Part shown: piece by piece, positions 54,838-63,782 of the stretch
How positions within the stretch are numbered: the first letter of the stretch is position 1
Layout: every line of letters begins with the position of its first letter
Assembly (NCBI GenBank): GCA_965369815.1
Contig: CBDUQS010000001.1
Span: 4,108-68,107 of the forward strand
Direction: 5' to 3'
Origin: an uncultured bacterium
GTDB taxonomy: Bacteria; Patescibacteriota; Gracilibacteria; UM-FILTER-43-11
DNA: 64,000 nt
Translations under genes and position numbers: made by a program
The notes under the pieces: generated by a model
Seen by the model: the letters and a program-made list of their open reading frames with translations, nothing else
What the model was told of the DNA's origin: nothing
Database searches by the model: none

Positions 54838-55284
54838 CTAGGAAAGCAACTCCTTCACCACCTTATTCACCAAACCTCCATCGGCTTGGCCTTTTAGTTT
54901 ATCCATCACAGCACCCATCACTTTCCCAAAGTCTTGTGGCCCTTGTGGATTCACTTGGTCAATCACTTCCTGAACAGCTTTTTTAACATCTTCCTCACTC
55001 ATCTGTTCTGGCATATAGACTTCTAGAAGTTTGATTTCATCCAGTTCTTTTTGAGCTGCTTCAGTATTACCACCTTTCGTAAAACCTTCGACAGAATCTT
55101 TGCGTTGTTTAATTCCTTTTTTGATCAAGTCGGTCACTATTTCATCGGTAGCCACCTTATCCCCACCGCTCACTTCAAACTTCATAATATCTGCCTTGAG
55201 CATTCGTAAAACACTTAATTTAAGCGCCTCTTGAGCTTTCATAGCAGCTGTCATATCGGCAATGATTTGTTCTTTTAATGTCAT
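54838..55284 (-). CDS. GatB/YqeY-domain protein
   Basis: 148 aa. LKEQIIADMTAAMKAQEALKLSVLRMLKA is typical of the YqeY family. Confidence 0.88.
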   Translation of the reverse strand: MTLKEQIIADMTAAMKAQEALKLSVLRMLKADIMKFEVSGGDKVATDEIVTDLIKKGIKQRKDSVEGFTKGGNTEAAQKELDEIKLLEVYMPEQMSEEDVKKAVQEVIDQVNPQGPQDFGKVMGAVMDKLKGQADGGLVNKVVKELLS

Positions 55285-55295
55285 GGCTATTTGAA

Positions 55296-56564
55296 TTATT
55301 TATTATTATAAACCTTACATCTCAAATGTGCTCCTGACCCTCTCAGTTTCAATGCTTTATCCAGTCGGTCAAAGGCAGAGATATAAGCGGCTTCGCGCAT
55401 GGCGCATTTATGTTCTTGTTGGAAATCCAAAATGCGAACTAGAGAGTCAATCATCACACGTTTCAGCTTAACTTGTATTTCTTCCTCAGGCCAGTAATAC
55501 GATTGCTGGTTTTGTAGCCATTCAAAATAAGAAACAGTTACACCACCCGCATTGGCCAGAATATCGGGAATCACCACAACGCCTTGCTTATTTAAATACT
55601 CATCCGCTTCAGCTAAAGTCGGCCCATTGGCCAGTTCAAGAATGATTTTAGCTTTAATGTTTTTCATATTTTCTTCTGTCACCTGATTCTCCATCGCGGC
55701 GAGCACAAGAACATCACATGGTTTTTCCAGAATCTCCTTAGGGTTTACAACAGTCCCTTCATCACAATCGGTAACAGAACCATTGTTCTTTTTCGATTTC
55801 ATAACACAGAAAGGGTCCATTCCCTTTTCGTTATAAAGTCCGCCTTTACTATCACTTACACCAACAATGGTAAAGCCCATGCCGTGAAGGATTTCAGCGG
55901 CGTAGCTACCTGCATTACCAAATCCTTGAACAATCACTTTAGTGCCTTCAGCTTTCATGTCGTTACGTTTCATATACTCTTCCAGTACATAAGCACCCCC
56001 TTGAGCGGTTGCAGTACCACGACCCAAAGATCCCCCAACTTCAATCGGTTTTCCGGTTACTACACCAGGACTATATTGGTTAACCAGCCTGCTGTATTCA
56101 TCCATAAACCAAGCCATCATCTGAGGAGTGGTGTACATGTCTGGGGCGGGAATATCATGGTTAGGACCAATCACCTGATAAACCGCCTGAACATATTTTC
56201 GAGTCAGACGCTCTAGTTCTCCGTCGCTCATCTCTTTAGCGTTACAGCAAACCCCCCCCTTTCCACCTCCGTAAGGAATTCCTACAACGGCACATTTAAA
56301 GGTCATCTCAGTCGCCAGCGCCTTTATTTCATCTACATCCACGCTAGGTAAATAACGAAAACCTCCTTTAAAGGGGCCTCGAAGCTCGGAATGCTGAACA
56401 CGATAACCATCAAAAATTTCCAGTCGTCCGTCATCCATTCTTACTGAAAGAGACACCGCTAAGGTTTTCTTGGGATGAGACATTTTTTTTAAGGTTTCAG
56501 GGTCAAGTCCCATTAACTTGGCCGCCTTATTCATATTAGTGAGGGTGTTTTGGAAAAAACTCAT
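55296..56564 (-). CDS. gdhA: Glu/Leu/Phe/Val dehydrogenase family, glutamate dehydrogenase
   Basis: FKGGFRYLPSVDVDEIKALATEMTFKCAVVGIPYGGGKGG and the GFGNAGS NAD(P)-binding motif. Confidence 0.92.
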   Translation of the reverse strand: MSFFQNTLTNMNKAAKLMGLDPETLKKMSHPKKTLAVSLSVRMDDGRLEIFDGYRVQHSELRGPFKGGFRYLPSVDVDEIKALATEMTFKCAVVGIPYGGGKGGVCCNAKEMSDGELERLTRKYVQAVYQVIGPNHDIPAPDMYTTPQMMAWFMDEYSRLVNQYSPGVVTGKPIEVGGSLGRGTATAQGGAYVLEEYMKRNDMKAEGTKVIVQGFGNAGSYAAEILHGMGFTIVGVSDSKGGLYNEKGMDPFCVMKSKKNNGSVTDCDEGTVVNPKEILEKPCDVLVLAAMENQVTEENMKNIKAKIILELANGPTLAEADEYLNKQGVVVIPDILANAGGVTVSYFEWLQNQQSYYWPEEEIQVKLKRVMIDSLVRILDFQQEHKCAMREAAYISAFDRLDKALKLRGSGAHLRCKVYNNK

Positions 56565-56656
56565 TTTATTGAAGGATTAAAAGGGTAAAGTGGCTTCAAA
56601 AAACCAAAGAATTATTACACGATTTCATTTGTTTTTAAAGGATGTTTGAGAAAATT

Positions 56657-57790
56657 TTATTGCACCAAACGGGGGATTCTTTCATTGATTCGAGTGGTGA
56701 CTTCATAATTAATCGTCTGGCTCAATTCACCCATTTCCTCCGCGGTGATTTTATTTTTTCCTTGTTTGCCAATTAATACTACCTCATCTTCCAGGGCAAT
56801 ATCAGTAATATGGGTTACATCTACCATAATCATATTCATACACACACGACCAATAACGGGGCATCGATGACCGCGAATTAAAACAAATCCTTTATTGCTG
56901 AGTAAGCGTACAAAACCATCGTAATAGCCAATGGGCAGAACTGCAATTTTGCCGTCTTGGGGCATTTCATAAGTACAGCCATATCCCACTAGGCTTCCTT
57001 TTTTCACACCTTTAATTTGCGCCACTTTCGTCTTCCAAGTCATGACAGGTTTGAGTTCCATATTAATATTGGCGCGTTCAGCGGCCTTTAATGTCTTTTC
57101 ACTGGGCCACAACCCATAATTACCAATGCCAGTGCGTACAAAATTAAAATGAGCCTCGGGGAGTAAAACGGTCGCAGCGGTATTGGCGCAATGCCGGTAA
57201 TGAGGAGCCAGCCCTTCACTTTCTAGTAAATGAATCGCTTTATTAAATTGCCTTAACTGATAAAGGGCGTACTGATGATTGATTCGGTCTTCTAAATTTG
57301 CAAAATGAGTAGAAACCCCTTTGAATTCAATATTAGAAGCAGATTTAATAAGACGAATGAATTCCGGAAGCTGATCTAATTCCACCCCTTGTCGATGATT
57401 CCCCGTTTCAATCTTCAAATGAATCCTAATCTTTCGGATTTCGGATTTAGAATTTCGGATTTTTCGGACGGTCTCCAGGTTATAAATAACCATCTCAATA
57501 TCTCGTAATTTAGAAACAGCATCTAAGTCCGACAGGGGAGTATAGCCGATGATCAGGATGGGAGTTTTAATTCCAGCCTTTCTGAGCTTCTCAGCTTCAA
57601 ATAAAGCATTCACACATAAATAGTCCGCACCGTGCTTTTCCATAATCTGAGCACACTCAATAAGCCCATGACCGTAAGCATTTGCTTTAACAGCAGGTGC
57701 CAAAATCACATCATCACCAACAAGACCTCGAAAGGTTTTAATATTGTGAACCAATGCCGATTTTGATATTTCAATCCAACTTAGATGCAT
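56657..57790 (-). CDS. alr: alanine racemase
   Basis: PAVKANAYGHG PLP-lysine motif. 377 aa. Confidence 0.93.
   Translation of the reverse strand: MHLSWIEISKSALVHNIKTFRGLVGDDVILAPAVKANAYGHGLIECAQIMEKHGADYLCVNALFEAEKLRKAGIKTPILIIGYTPLSDLDAVSKLRDIEMVIYNLETVRKIRNSKSEIRKIRIHLKIETGNHRQGVELDQLPEFIRLIKSASNIEFKGVSTHFANLEDRINHQYALYQLRQFNKAIHLLESEGLAPHYRHCANTAATVLLPEAHFNFVRTGIGNYGLWPSEKTLKAAERANINMELKPVMTWKTKVAQIKGVKKGSLVGYGCTYEMPQDGKIAVLPIGYYDGFVRLLSNKGFVLIRGHRCPVIGRVCMNMIMVDVTHITDIALEDEVVLIGKQGKNKITAEEMGELSQTINYEVTTRINERIPRLVQ
57432..57469. repeat. ATTTCGR heptamer array inside alr
   Basis: tttcggatttcggatttagaatttcggatttttcggac. On the coding strand it encodes RKIRNSKSEIRKI. Confidence 0.85.
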
Positions 57791-57896
57791 AAATTCGAAA
57801 TCTTAAGTACGAAATACTAAACAAATTCTAATGCTCAAATCTAAAAACTACAAACATAAAAAAACACCTAACGTATTTAAAATTTAGGCATTTAGA

Positions 57897-57927
57897 TTTT
57901 TTTCGAGTTTCGAGTTTCGAATTTCGT
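57897..57927. repeat. ATTTCGR heptamer array (intergenic, ftsL-alr spacer)
   Basis: ttttttcgagtttcgagtttcgaatttcgtg. Confidence 0.85.
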
Positions 57928-57929
57928 GC

Positions 57930-58319
57930 TTACTTAGACGCGATAGCAGTATCACCACGAATGAACATCGGAGTGTCGGTCTTCACCATTGATTTAACCT
58001 TTGGATCATTCTGAATACTAGCCAGCGCCTGAACACGAGCGATTTCCATGTCCCAAACCTCATTCTCGGTAAGCAGTTGAGTTCGTTTTAATTCCAGATT
58101 CTTTAAAGCATACCCCTTAGTGGCATTTTGATTAGCATTGGCTAGATAGGCGAGACTGATAAAGGTGACTAACGCAACAATAACGAATAGCAGGGCATTA
58201 GCACCCACCTCAACTTTATGAGACAGCGTATCCTTCCGCACGCGAGTTGTGGAATTATTTATATACAAAGCAGCAGACATTAGCTTATGTGTTTGTGTTG
58301 GGCTGTTGAGGTTGATCAT
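57930..58319 (-). CDS. ftsL: FtsL-like cell division protein
   Basis: Bitopic: a TM segment (ANALLFVIVALVTFISLAYLA) followed by a coiled coil. A 4-nt ATGA overlap places it immediately after rsmH. Confidence 0.7.
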   Translation of the reverse strand: MINLNSPTQTHKLMSAALYINNSTTRVRKDTLSHKVEVGANALLFVIVALVTFISLAYLANANQNATKGYALKNLELKRTQLLTENEVWDMEIARVQALASIQNDPKVKSMVKTDTPMFIRGDTAIASK

Positions 58320-59251
58320 AGCGCTTCGGCAACCCGCAGTTTGGCACTTCGTGCTCTGGGGTTTTTCTCGACCTCAATACCTGTTGGTATTATAGGCCGT
58401 TTAGTTAAGAGATAAAGTTTTTTCTGAAAATCGCATTGACAGAGTGGTAATTCCTTTGGGCAAATACAATTTTTTGTGTAGTATCGAAAAATATTTTTTA
58501 CGATCCGATCTTCGAGTGAGTGATAAGCAATAACAGCAATTCTTCCTTTGGGGGCGAGTGAGTTAATCGCCTGATGAAGGGTGTCTTCTAAAACTTCCAA
58601 TTCGCGATTAACAAATATTCGTAAGGCCTGAAAAGTTTGAGTCGCAGGATGATGTCCTACTTTTCCTTTCATAGTTGTTTTGATAATGTCGGCCAGTTGA
58701 ACGGTGTTAGTGATTGGCTCCTTTTTACGTGCCCACATAATCGCTCGGGCAATCACTCGTGAGCGCCGTTCTTCGCCGTATTCAAAAATAATATCGGCCA
58801 GCTTCTTTTCACTAAAGGTGTTGATCACCATTTGCGCCGTCATTTCCTGGTTCTGGTCATATCTCATATCTAAGGGGCCTTCTTTTTGAAAAGAGAAGCC
58901 ACGATCGGGGAAATCCACATGAGGAGAAGAAAGTCCCAAATCCATCAAAATCGCGTCGACTTTTCCAAATTTATGCTTTTCGATTTCGGTTTTAAGGTTT
59001 TCAAAGTTTGAATGAACAAAAATAACATTTTTCGAATTTCGAATTTCGGATTTTAGATTTAATTTAGCTTGGGCTAAATTTGTTTCGTCCTGATCGAACG
59101 CCATCAATTTCCCTTTGGGGATTTTTTTCAGAATTTCTTTTGAGTGGCCACCAAGTCCAAGGGTACAATCCACTACATTGCTGTCAGCTCGAAGATTTAA
59201 AAGATCAATCGTCTCATCAAGAAGTACCGGAATATGCAAAAAATCAGTCAT
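58316..59251 (-). CDS. rsmH: 16S rRNA (cytosine1402-N4)-methyltransferase
   Basis: HIPVLLDETIDLL, DCTLGLGGHS and DLGLSSPH motifs. Confidence 0.95.
   Translation of the reverse strand: MTDFLHIPVLLDETIDLLNLRADSNVVDCTLGLGGHSKEILKKIPKGKLMAFDQDETNLAQAKLNLKSEIRNSKNVIFVHSNFENLKTEIEKHKFGKVDAILMDLGLSSPHVDFPDRGFSFQKEGPLDMRYDQNQEMTAQMVINTFSEKKLADIIFEYGEERRSRVIARAIMWARKKEPITNTVQLADIIKTTMKGKVGHHPATQTFQALRIFVNRELEVLEDTLHQAINSLAPKGRIAVIAYHSLEDRIVKNIFRYYTKNCICPKELPLCQCDFQKKLYLLTKRPIIPTGIEVEKNPRARSAKLRVAEAL
59027..59066. repeat. ATTTCGR heptamer array inside rsmH
   Basis: tttttcgaatttcgaatttcggattttagatttaatttag. On the coding strand it encodes LNLKSEIRNSKNV. Confidence 0.85.
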
Positions 59252-59489
59252 GGCACTCGCAAATTAGGTAGATAGCAGTGCGCAAAGCTGAATTAATTTT
59301 TTTACAGATTTTCATTTTTGTTTTTTTGTTTTTGTCTCCTTACAACTTCAATTTAAGCTGAATACATTTTTTGGTCAATAACAAAATTTGTGTTCAACTT
59401 TTGACAGCCTGTCCATGTTGTATACAAAATTGGTACAACAATGCGAAAAAATGGATATTTAGGATGTCGAGAATGGAGGTTATTATAGA

Positions 59490-59518
59490 TTGACAAAATA
59501 GAAAGAATATAGTATTGT
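59490..59518 (+). promoter_or_regulatory. sigma70-type promoter (TTGACA-17-TATTGT)
   Basis: ttgaca at 59490-59495 and tattgt at 59513-59518. It implies a ~190-nt leader before 59715. Confidence 0.5.
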
Positions 59519-59714
59519 ATTGTGGATTTTTTATAGACATACAACTATAGTGCTTTAGCTATTTTTTGATCCTTAAAATTACAGGGTTTGTACTGAGGAC
59601 ATCCCTCTATCAGAATTCACAGAAAAAAAATAATTTTCAGAGTGAGATCGCTGGTGGGGAAATGGATTCCCCTCAGTACAAGTTTTCCAACTTTCACAGA
59701 AAGAGGAAAAGAAA

Positions 59715-61175
59715 ATGAAGAATGCACTAATGATCAGTTGCTTGCTTTTGACAGCCTGCGGAGACTCAAAAACCGCTGGCACAAACGGCAACGACGGGGC
59801 GTACTTGGTATGCTCAGAAAACGCCGATTGCAACTGCGAAAATGGCGACGGTACCTGTGGAGCAGACGGTATGTGCTACTGCCCTCAGGTCATCGAAGTT
59901 AACGCCGGTTGTGAACACGAAGCCGACTGCGTCGACATCTGCCCAGAAGCGGAAACGCTTTTTTGCTCGCCAGCGAGTGGCACGTGCAGATGTACGTATC
60001 ATCGCATCGAGCTAGTTGAAGTCACGACACCGTGCCAATATAACAGCGATTGCAGCTGTGAAACTGGCAACGCTGAATGCGGCGAAGACGGCATGTGTTA
60101 CTGCAACCCCGATTTCGGATTTTGTGGCGATACTGTCATAGCCGGATTGGAAGAGTGTGACACATATGGCGCTGCTTGCGCCGAACTCGGCTCCAATTGG
60201 ACCGGCACCGTGGCTACTTGTCGTGACGACTGCATCTACGACACCACCGACTGTATCTGTACGCCGAACTGTAATGGTGAGGTTTGCGGTGCAGATGATG
60301 GATGTGGAGGTATATGTATCGACACGCCGAACCAGATCACTGGTGAGGTACGCATTACGGTCATCGACGCGTTCGATAACCCCTTTACCTTGGCAAGCTA
60401 CGATGTCCTGTACGATGGGGAGATTGTACTTACTGACCAGGGAGGCAATGCAACTCTGACTAGCATGCCGACTGGCATGTATACAATTGACGCTCACACC
60501 GTTACTGTTGGCTCTGAGAATTACGAGCCGACGGTAGTGCTAACGAGTGCAATTGGTGATTTAGCTCAGGGTGGCATCGTCGAGTATCAGGTTGTCTATA
60601 CAAAAGCCTGCTACAATACGTTTAACGACGTACCTTGCTCCGCTTGGTACTTCGACTACGTCGAGCAGCTTGTAGACGAAGGCGTGTTTGATGTTTCAGA
60701 TAACTTCCGACCCGCCGACTTCCTGAATCGTGCCGAGATGGTCAAGTTGGTTATCACCGCCATCGATGGTTTGGCAGGCTATCAGACACCCCCAACACCG
60801 ACGTTTGACGATGTTCCAGCCAACGCGTGGTTTTACGACTACGTGGAGGCGGCGGTTCAGCTGGGGATCGTTTCTGGCTACACCGATCCCTCGGGCAATC
60901 TAACTGGCTTGTTTGGCCCTGGCGACAATGTGAATCGGGCAGCAGGAATCAAATGGGTAGTAAACTCATTTGCAGTGCCAACCACGCTTTCTCCTGCATC
61001 ACCGTTTTCGGATGTTACGCCTTCGAACTGGTTTCACGACTATGTTCTCACGGCCTACAACCAATCGGTGGTGGATGGATACAGCGACGGAAGGTTTGCT
61101 CCTGCTGATCTGGTAACACGGGCGAAGATCGCCAAATGGTTGGTCAACGCTCAAAGTCCTGTTCAGCGCCCCTAG
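59715..61175 (+). CDS. lipoprotein with Cys-rich repeats, carboxypeptidase-regulatory-like domain and three SLH domains (high-GC gene)
   Basis: Lipobox LLLTAC|G. CNCENGDGTCGADGMCYC and CSCETGNAECGEDGMCYC. CGDTVIAGLEECD resembles the Myxococcus cysteine-rich repeat. SLH repeats FNDVPCSAWYFDYV.., FDDVPANAWFYDYV.. and FSDVTPSNWFHDYV... Confidence 0.85.
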   Translation: MKNALMISCLLLTACGDSKTAGTNGNDGAYLVCSENADCNCENGDGTCGADGMCYCPQVIEVNAGCEHEADCVDICPEAETLFCSPASGTCRCTYHRIELVEVTTPCQYNSDCSCETGNAECGEDGMCYCNPDFGFCGDTVIAGLEECDTYGAACAELGSNWTGTVATCRDDCIYDTTDCICTPNCNGEVCGADDGCGGICIDTPNQITGEVRITVIDAFDNPFTLASYDVLYDGEIVLTDQGGNATLTSMPTGMYTIDAHTVTVGSENYEPTVVLTSAIGDLAQGGIVEYQVVYTKACYNTFNDVPCSAWYFDYVEQLVDEGVFDVSDNFRPADFLNRAEMVKLVITAIDGLAGYQTPPTPTFDDVPANAWFYDYVEAAVQLGIVSGYTDPSGNLTGLFGPGDNVNRAAGIKWVVNSFAVPTTLSPASPFSDVTPSNWFHDYVLTAYNQSVVDGYSDGRFAPADLVTRAKIAKWLVNAQSPVQRP

Positions 61176-61204
61176 TAAAAAGAGGGGAATCCGAAAAACC
61201 CAAA

Positions 61205-61253
61205 GACCGACGGAACAACTCTGCACACTCGTGCAGAGCCGTCGGTCCTCTTT
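61205..61253 (+). terminator. nested GC-rich hairpin after the lipoprotein gene
   Basis: gaccgacgg pairs with ccgtcggtc as the outer stem, and ctctgcac with gtgcagag as the inner stem. The following T-run is weak. Confidence 0.6.
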
Positions 61254-61275
61254 GATATACATTTTTTTAAATAGA

Positions 61276-61304
61276 TTGACAAAGCACATAAAATGTTGTA
61301 GAAT
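61276..61304 (+). promoter_or_regulatory. sigma70-type promoter (TTGACA-17-TAGAAT)
   Basis: ttgaca at 61276-61281 and tagaat at 61299-61304. Confidence 0.6.
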
Positions 61305-61418
61305 ATTTTAGCTTCATTTTGATCATTTTTACCATCGGTTTGGATCGGGCTATTTGGTGACAACCCTGCATTCCTGCAGCGGTTGCCCTTGGATTTCCCC
61401 GATCACAAAGGAGAAAAC

Positions 61419-61847
61419 ATGAATCGGGTACTTATTCTTTCAGTAATATTCTGCATCGCTTCCTGCGGTCAGGAAAATGAACCAACCCTTCACTGCGATG
61501 AGAACATTTGTGATTCGCTCACCTGCACAGGCACCATGGGTGTGAAAGTGAAGGACGAACGCGGTTACACCATCGTCGGTGCCGAGGTATACTTCGTCGG
61601 TGCCAAAGGTAATCTCTTCGACAGCTGTATTACGTTGGAGGGTGGAGAAAATCACCACGATGAGACAGGGTACCACTGGCACAACGGGTGCGACCTGAGA
61701 GGTCTCCCGCTCGATACCCCTTTTGTCCTGAACGTTGTGGTTAACGGTATTACAAGCATGGCGGAAGTGGACGATTTCATCATTTCCTCCGTTGATGACA
61801 CTCCTCATACCGCCGCGTTCATAAGCCTTGAGGAAGGTCAGTACTGA
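61419..61847 (+). CDS. small lipoprotein, hypothetical (high-GC gene)
   Basis: MNRVLILSVIFCIASC|G lipobox. Strong SD aaaggag 7 nt upstream of the ATG at 61419. Confidence 0.75.
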   Translation: MNRVLILSVIFCIASCGQENEPTLHCDENICDSLTCTGTMGVKVKDERGYTIVGAEVYFVGAKGNLFDSCITLEGGENHHDETGYHWHNGCDLRGLPLDTPFVLNVVVNGITSMAEVDDFIISSVDDTPHTAAFISLEEGQY

Positions 61848-61868
61848 TCGGAAATCCCACCTTTTACG

Positions 61869-61894
61869 GGCGCTGCACTTCTGCGGCGCCTTTT
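61869..61894 (+). terminator. rho-independent terminator
   Basis: ggcgctgca-cttc-tgcggcgcc gives a 9-bp stem, followed by tttt. Confidence 0.75.
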
Positions 61895-61968
61895 CCTTAT
61901 ATATAAAATTTCCACCTTGAATCATATAGGCTTTTTCGTTATGCTTTTTGCGCTGTAAAAAACAAACT

Positions 61969-63234
61969 ATGAATCAATCAACCACGCTTCCTAACGGATT
62001 AAAAGTTATTACTACTCCTATCGAAGGCACAAAATCAGTTACCGTGCTTTGCTTGGTCGGGGCGGGTTCACGTTACGAGCACAAAGCAATCAATGGAATC
62101 TCTCATTTTCTAGAACACTTGTTCTTTAAGGGGGCAGAACGTTATACAAATGCATCCGAAGTAGCATCAGCCATCGATTCGGTCGGAGGAGACTTCAACG
62201 CATTCACTGGTAAGGAATATGCGGGTTATTATGTAAAATTAGCTTCTGATCAAAAAGAAGTTGCTTTCGATGTGATTGGCGACATGATGCTTAATGCAAC
62301 ATTTATTCAGAAAGAAATCGATAAAGAACGAGGGGTTATTTTAGAGGAATTCAATATGTATCAGGACACTCCCATGTATCAAGTGGGTTGGGATTTTGAA
62401 AAATTGATGTTTGGTGATCAGGCGATGGGATGGGATCAGATTGGTGAAAAAGAAATCATCAAAAATCTCACGCGCGATCAGATTGTTGATTATAAAAACG
62501 CACTCTACACTCCAGACAACGCAATTATCAGTGTGGCAGGAAACATCACACAAGAAGAGGCAATAGAATTGGCCACTAAATATTTTTCTTTTGAAGATGG
62601 AAAGCGCTCTATCGAGCCAGCAGAATATCAGAAGATCGATACCGATGAGCGTGTGATTTTACAAAACAAGAAAACAGAACAGGCTCATATTATTGTAGGA
62701 GTTGAAGGAGTGGCTGCTCGGCACGATGACAATTACACCGAAAAGATAATGAGCGTGATTTTGGGTGGGAACATGAGTTCTCGAATGTTCTCAAACGTTC
62801 GTGAAGCAAAAGGCCTTTCTTATTACATTCGAACCACTACCGATGACTACACCGATACAGGAACGATCTCTACATCCGCTGGAGTCGATCTAACACGAAT
62901 CGATTTGGCGATTGAGGCGATTCTGGAAGAGTATCGAAAAATTACCGAAAGCCCAGTGGGTGATGATGAGCTTAAAAAAGCCAAAGCATTCATGAAAGGA
63001 AAAATCACACTTAGCCTAGAGGACAGTGAAGAATACGCTCATTTAATGGGGAAGCAGGCACTTCTATATCCATCGATCGATGACGTGGAGGATGTGATGA
63101 AAAAAATTGATGCGGTGACCGCCGACGATATATTCCGTTTGGCCAAAGAGTTATTTAAAGAAGAAAACCTTCGCCTTGCTCTAATCGGTCCTTATTCCGA
63201 TAAAGAGCATTTTACGAAATTACTACACTACTAA
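61969..63234 (+). CDS. M16 family (pitrilysin/insulinase-type) zinc peptidase
   Basis: GAGSRYEHKAINGISHFLEHLFFKG (HxxEH). The ATG at 61969 is preferred. Confidence 0.9.
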   Translation: MNQSTTLPNGLKVITTPIEGTKSVTVLCLVGAGSRYEHKAINGISHFLEHLFFKGAERYTNASEVASAIDSVGGDFNAFTGKEYAGYYVKLASDQKEVAFDVIGDMMLNATFIQKEIDKERGVILEEFNMYQDTPMYQVGWDFEKLMFGDQAMGWDQIGEKEIIKNLTRDQIVDYKNALYTPDNAIISVAGNITQEEAIELATKYFSFEDGKRSIEPAEYQKIDTDERVILQNKKTEQAHIIVGVEGVAARHDDNYTEKIMSVILGGNMSSRMFSNVREAKGLSYYIRTTTDDYTDTGTISTSAGVDLTRIDLAIEAILEEYRKITESPVGDDELKKAKAFMKGKITLSLEDSEEYAHLMGKQALLYPSIDDVEDVMKKIDAVTADDIFRLAKELFKEENLRLALIGPYSDKEHFTKLLHY

Positions 63235-63274
63235 GGCTTAATCCTTAGTCCTTAATCCTTAATCCTTAAAAAAC

Positions 63275-63739
63275 ATGGAACGAACACTTGTACTTATAAA
63301 GCCAGATGCTGTCCAACGTGGAATGGTTGGAGAAGTAATGCGTTATTTTGAAAAGAAAGGTCTTACTTTGGCTGGCAACAAAATGATTCAACTCGACGAC
63401 GCTATTTTGGCTGAGCACTACGCTCATTTGGTTGATAAACCATTTTTTGCAGGGATCGCTAATTTTATGAAAAGCACTCCTGTAATCGCTCAATGTTGGG
63501 AGGGGAAAGAGGTGGTTGAAGTGGTTCGAATCCTTTGTGGAATCACCAATGCTCGTGAAGCGAAACCAGGAACCATTCGTGGAGATTTAGCGATGAGTGT
63601 TCAGAGCAACCTAGTGCACGCTTCTGATAGCTTAGAAACCGCTAGCGTTGAAGTTCCTCGATTCTTTAAAGATGAAGAGCTCTTCAGTTACGACAAAAAG
63701 AACTACGACTACATTTACGCTCCGGACGAGAAAAATTAA
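63275..63739 (+). CDS. ndk: nucleoside-diphosphate kinase
   Basis: MERTLVLIKPDAVQRGMVGEVM... and NLVHASDS (active-site His). Confidence 0.95.
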   Translation: MERTLVLIKPDAVQRGMVGEVMRYFEKKGLTLAGNKMIQLDDAILAEHYAHLVDKPFFAGIANFMKSTPVIAQCWEGKEVVEVVRILCGITNAREAKPGTIRGDLAMSVQSNLVHASDSLETASVEVPRFFKDEELFSYDKKNYDYIYAPDEKN

Positions 63740-63782
63740 AACTATCGTCACGCAGGCTGGAAAGCCTTCGCTCCGATGTTAC

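Noticed and set aside
59353-59833. Minus-strand ORFs of 63 and 84 aa where mraZ would be expected upstream of rsmH.
   Set aside because: The translations bear no resemblance to MraZ (no SpoVT/AbrB-like repeats). They overlap the plus-strand promoter, leader and start of the lipoprotein gene. mraZ appears to be absent.
60012-60497. Long antisense ORFs in the high-GC genes (60012-60497 and 61440-61925, 161 aa each), and similar shadow ORFs elsewhere (20340-20762, 38115-38477, 25568-25903, 33774-34076, 26587-26922).
   Set aside because: Each lies fully inside a well-supported gene on the opposite strand. Their compositions are implausible (Cys/Ser/Arg-rich or hydrophobic junk) and they have no start signals. 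Long antisense ORFs are expected in GC-rich or stop-poor frames.
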